Shown: in pieces, positions 61,343 to 64,000 of the stretch
Numbering within the stretch: the first letter of the stretch is position 1
Layout of the letters: the number at the start of each line of letters is the position of its first letter
Notes under the pieces: generated by a model
What the model was told of the DNA's origin: nothing
Database searches by the model: none
Seen by the model: the letters and a program-made list of their open reading frames with translations, nothing else
Made by a program: the position numbers and the translations under genes
Assembly: GCA_027487905.1 (NCBI GenBank)
Contig: JAIYCR010000088.1
Coordinates: forward strand, 7,054 to 71,053
DNA: 64,000 nucleotides
Direction of reading: 5' to 3'
Source of the DNA: Rubrivivax sp.
Lineage (GTDB): Bacteria; Pseudomonadota; Gammaproteobacteria; Burkholderiales; Burkholderiaceae_C

Positions 61343-63745
61343 TCAGGACCCGATCAAGCCGCCGTCGTTCTTGGTGATCACCACCGTGGCCGAGCGCGGA
61401 CGCGGGCCGTTGGCCTGCGCCGCGCTGCCGGGCGCGCGGGAGCCCGCCGGCCAGTAACTGGTGAAGTCGCCGGCATTGGCTGTGATCGCCGCTGCCGGCG
61501 TGTCTTCTCCCGGGTGCTGCACGTTGACGAACATCGTCTTGCCGTCCGGCGTCTCGATGACGCCGGTGATCTCCTGGTCGCGCGGGCCGACGAGGAATCG
61601 CTTGAGCGTCGTCTCGGTGAAGGTGGCGCCCACCTGGGTCGCCGCCAGCACCGCGCCGGCCGGCGTGCTGCCCACGGCGGCCGTGCTGGCGGCCTGGGCC
61701 GTCAGACGGCGCCCATCGCCCACGCGGCCGGCCACTGCGGCCAGCATCATGCAGTTGCTCTGGTCGAGGAAGGCACCGGAGTCGTCGGTCTGCACCCAGC
61801 ACAGGCCGGTGGTGGGGCTGAACCACAGGCCGTCGGCACGGGCGAAGTCGTTCGCCGAGGTCAGGCCCGAAAGGTTCACCCGGGCCGGGTCGGCGTCAGC
61901 CTGGGCACCGAAGAGGAAGACGTCCCAGGTGAAGGTCGTCGCCCCGGCGCTGTCGCCGGCTTCCTTGAAGCGGATGATGTGGCCGAAGGGGTTGCCGGTG
62001 TTGGTACCGGCCGTCGTCGTGTCGGTGGCGACACGGGCGTCGGCGTGGAAGCGCGGGTTGGCCGCGTCCAGGTTGTCCACGCGGCGGCCGGTCGAGCCGC
62101 TGGCCGCATTGAGCGCACCGCTGTTGTTCTCGGTCAGCGTGAAGTAGACCTCGCGGGTCTGCACGTTCACCGCGCCCCACTCCGGGCGGTCCATCTTCGT
62201 CGCGCCCATGGCGTCGGCGGCCAGGCGGCAGTTCTGCAGCACGTCGAACTCGTCGGCGAAGGTGTAGACCGGCGTGCCGCCGGCGGTGGCCTGCGCCGCG
62301 CGGACGGCCGTCAGCGTCAGCGGCAGCCAGGTGCCGGTGCCGTCGTTGTTGAACTTCGCCGCATACAGCGTGCCGCGGTCGAGGTACTTGTCGCCGATGG
62401 CCATGCGGTTGGCCGGGAAGGCGTCGGCGGCATCCCAGTTCGCGCTGGACACGAACTTGTAGATGTAGTCGCCGCGCGAGTCGTCGCCCATGTAGAAGGC
62501 CAGGGGTTGGCCAGCCACCGGCGGCAGGGCCACCGCCGCCTCATGCGCGAAGCGGCCGAGCGCGGTGCGCTTCTTCGGGATGGCCGTCGGGTCATAGGGG
62601 TCGATCTCGACCACCCAGCCGAAGGTGTTGTGCACGTTGCGGTAGTCCAGGTCGGCCGTCGCGGCGAGCACGCTGGTGTTCCAGCGGTCATACAGGTCGG
62701 CAGCCGATCCGGCGGCGTTGGCGGCCATCGCGGTGGCGGTGCTGGCGGCCAGCGTGCCCCAGCGGTAGCGGTCGCCACCCACCGTGTAGCGGGCCAGTGC
62801 CACCTGCTCCCGCGCCGAGCGGTTGGCGTTGTCGGTGCTCGGGCGCAGGAAGTAGCCTGCCCAGTTCTCCTCGCAGGTGAGGAAGGTGCCCCAGAAGCTG
62901 TAGCCGGTGCCGCAGTTGTTCAGCGTGCCGCGGGTGGCCGTGCCCGTGGGCGAGAACTTGGTGACCATCGAGGGATGGTTGCGGCCGGGGCCGGAGATCT
63001 CGATGCGGGTGGCCGCAGTGATGCGGCGGTTGTAGCTCGAGCCCACGTTCAGCGCCCAGGTGCCGGTGGCCGAGAAGGCGCCGCTGGACTGCTTCCACAT
63101 CTCCACGATGGACACGCCGTGCAGGGCCACTTCGCGGTCCACCTCGTTGGCGGGCCGGGGCGAGGCGCCGCTCATGTTGGTGGGCGCGGACGCGTGCAGG
63201 AACTGCTGCGTCACGTACTCGTGGTTCATCGCCAGGATGCCGCGGTTGTTGCCGATGCCGCGGGCCGTGGGCACGGCGCCGCCATCGGTCAGACCGAAGT
63301 ACTCGACGCCGTCGTGGTTGTCGCCGCTGCGGCGGTCGTAGGTGGCCGGGGCATCGGTGCCCACGTTGGAATAGGCCGCCACGCCGGTGGCGATCGGGTC
63401 GCCGGTGCGGTAGACCACGCTGGCGGTGTAGCCGGCGGGCACGGTGAAGGTGTCGTCGCGGGTCTTGGCGACGGCGGTGAAATTCAACGCGGTCACCCGG
63501 GTGGACGGCGCCGGTGCGGCGGCAACGGGGTCGTCGGAACCGCCCCCGCAGGCGGCCAGCGTGCCGCCGCCGAGCAGGGCGGCGGTGACGGTGCCGCCGG
63601 TGCCGCGCAGGAAGCCGCGGCGGTCGAAGCGGGCACGCACGATGTCCAGGAACTCAGGCCCGCCGCGCGGGTTGGTGATCTGGTTTTCCTGGGCTTCGAT
63701 CAGATCGCGCACATGGCGCAGTTCGTCTTGGATGGGGGCATTCAT
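61343..63745 (-). CDS. phoX: PhoX-family (DUF839) alkaline phosphatase, predicted Tat-exported lipoprotein
   Basis: FDRRGFLRGTGGTVTAALLGGGTLAACGG carries a twin-arginine motif and an LAAC lipobox. The beta-propeller body has DNHDGVEYF and NPFGHIIRF-type segments. A strong AGGAGA RBS lies 7 nt before the ATG at 63745. Confidence 0.85.
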   Translation of the reverse strand: MNAPIQDELRHVRDLIEAQENQITNPRGGPEFLDIVRARFDRRGFLRGTGGTVTAALLGGGTLAACGGGSDDPVAAAPAPSTRVTALNFTAVAKTRDDTFTVPAGYTASVVYRTGDPIATGVAAYSNVGTDAPATYDRRSGDNHDGVEYFGLTDGGAVPTARGIGNNRGILAMNHEYVTQQFLHASAPTNMSGASPRPANEVDREVALHGVSIVEMWKQSSGAFSATGTWALNVGSSYNRRITAATRIEISGPGRNHPSMVTKFSPTGTATRGTLNNCGTGYSFWGTFLTCEENWAGYFLRPSTDNANRSAREQVALARYTVGGDRYRWGTLAASTATAMAANAAGSAADLYDRWNTSVLAATADLDYRNVHNTFGWVVEIDPYDPTAIPKKRTALGRFAHEAAVALPPVAGQPLAFYMGDDSRGDYIYKFVSSANWDAADAFPANRMAIGDKYLDRGTLYAAKFNNDGTGTWLPLTLTAVRAAQATAGGTPVYTFADEFDVLQNCRLAADAMGATKMDRPEWGAVNVQTREVYFTLTENNSGALNAASGSTGRRVDNLDAANPRFHADARVATDTTTAGTNTGNPFGHIIRFKEAGDSAGATTFTWDVFLFGAQADADPARVNLSGLTSANDFARADGLWFSPTTGLCWVQTDDSGAFLDQSNCMMLAAVAGRVGDGRRLTAQAASTAAVGSTPAGAVLAATQVGATFTETTLKRFLVGPRDQEITGVIETPDGKTMFVNVQHPGEDTPAAAITANAGDFTSYWPAGSRAPGSAAQANGPRPRSATVVITKNDGGLIGS

Positions 63746-63821
63746 GGCTTGATCTCCTGTTAGGACCCGTGTCAGCGCGTTGCGGCTGCCATCAACGGCC
63801 GGTGAACTTTGATCAGGCTTC

Positions 63822-63839
63822 GTGACCGGTTTTTGACGG
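63822..63839 (-). promoter_or_regulatory. Candidate Pho box upstream of phoX (CCGTCAA-aaac-CGGTCAC)
   Basis: It is a 7-4-7 direct repeat with 11-bp period, 77-94 nt upstream of the phoX ATG. It shares GTCAA-N6-GTCAC with the ppk1 candidate box. Confidence 0.35.
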
Positions 63840-64000
63840 CCCGACGACACCCCGCCCCCGTCGCGGCCGGGCGTTGTTGTCATCAAGGCTTCATGCGTGG
63901 CGCAGGCTCCTGATGGGCCCCTTCGGCTCAGGGGTTTGCGTCCTGCGTCACCGAAACGTCATCCGACCTGCCGACGATTCGCCGGCCCGTCATGGGCATC

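Overview
This is a high-GC (by eye about 70%, not computed) chromosomal segment that looks like Betaproteobacteria/Burkholderiales. The hints are a Bug/TctC-family binding protein, an xseB-ispA-dxs-folE2 string and a polA-DUF2782-thrB neighbourhood. The window is almost fully coding: I support about 52 CDS. I found no rRNA, tRNA, CRISPR array, transposase, integrase or phage genes, so it reads as core or metabolic-accessory DNA, not a mobile island.

Layout, left to right:
- cspA-infA cold-shock pair with duplicated terminators.
- PhzF-family gene.
- Three-component Rieske oxygenase (alpha, beta, ferredoxin) with a divergent LysR regulator.
- About 10 kb of co-directional minus-strand genes: MarR-like regulator, Asp/Glu-racemase-family protein, fused HyuA/HyuB oxoprolinase-type enzyme, membrane protein, TVP38/DedA::FAD-disulfide-reductase fusion, DUF3047, FAD oxidoreductase. 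A divergent TRAP transporter faces this array.
- DUF1330 gene and a DadA-like oxidase.
- Orphan GspE/PilB-type ATPase.
- Four-gene envelope-glycan module: GT9, GtrA::GT39 fusion, BNR/sialidase-like protein, membrane protein.
- Form-II CoxSLM-type molybdenum hydroxylase operon with CoxD/CoxE/XdhC maturation genes.
- Divergent Ped-type (PQQ-catabolism-associated) ABC/beta-propeller system coupled to a Bug protein.
- Fasciclin gene and an orphan EgtB/SUMF1-like enzyme.
- ppk1 and ppx, convergent.
- usp, sseA, DMT transporter and a Rieske monooxygenase.
- xseB-ispA-dxs-folE2, then DUF4142.
- polA, DUF2782, thrB and a BPSS1780-like membrane protein.
- Tat-lipoprotein PhoX.

The best candidates for under-described biology are:
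1. The orphan secretion-type ATPase, which carries four tandem MshEN-like (c-di-GMP receptor) motifs.
2. The TVP38::disulfide-reductase / DUF3047 / FAD-oxidoreductase operon.
3. The GT9 / GtrA::GT39 / BNR module.
4. The Ped-type ABC system, which has no alcohol dehydrogenase nearby and instead faces the form-II Mo-hydroxylase operon.

All family calls come from reading the translated ORFs. No database search was run. Start codons were chosen by ORF-track arithmetic plus inspection of ribosome-binding sites and overlaps. The ORF track allows ATG, GTG and TTG starts.
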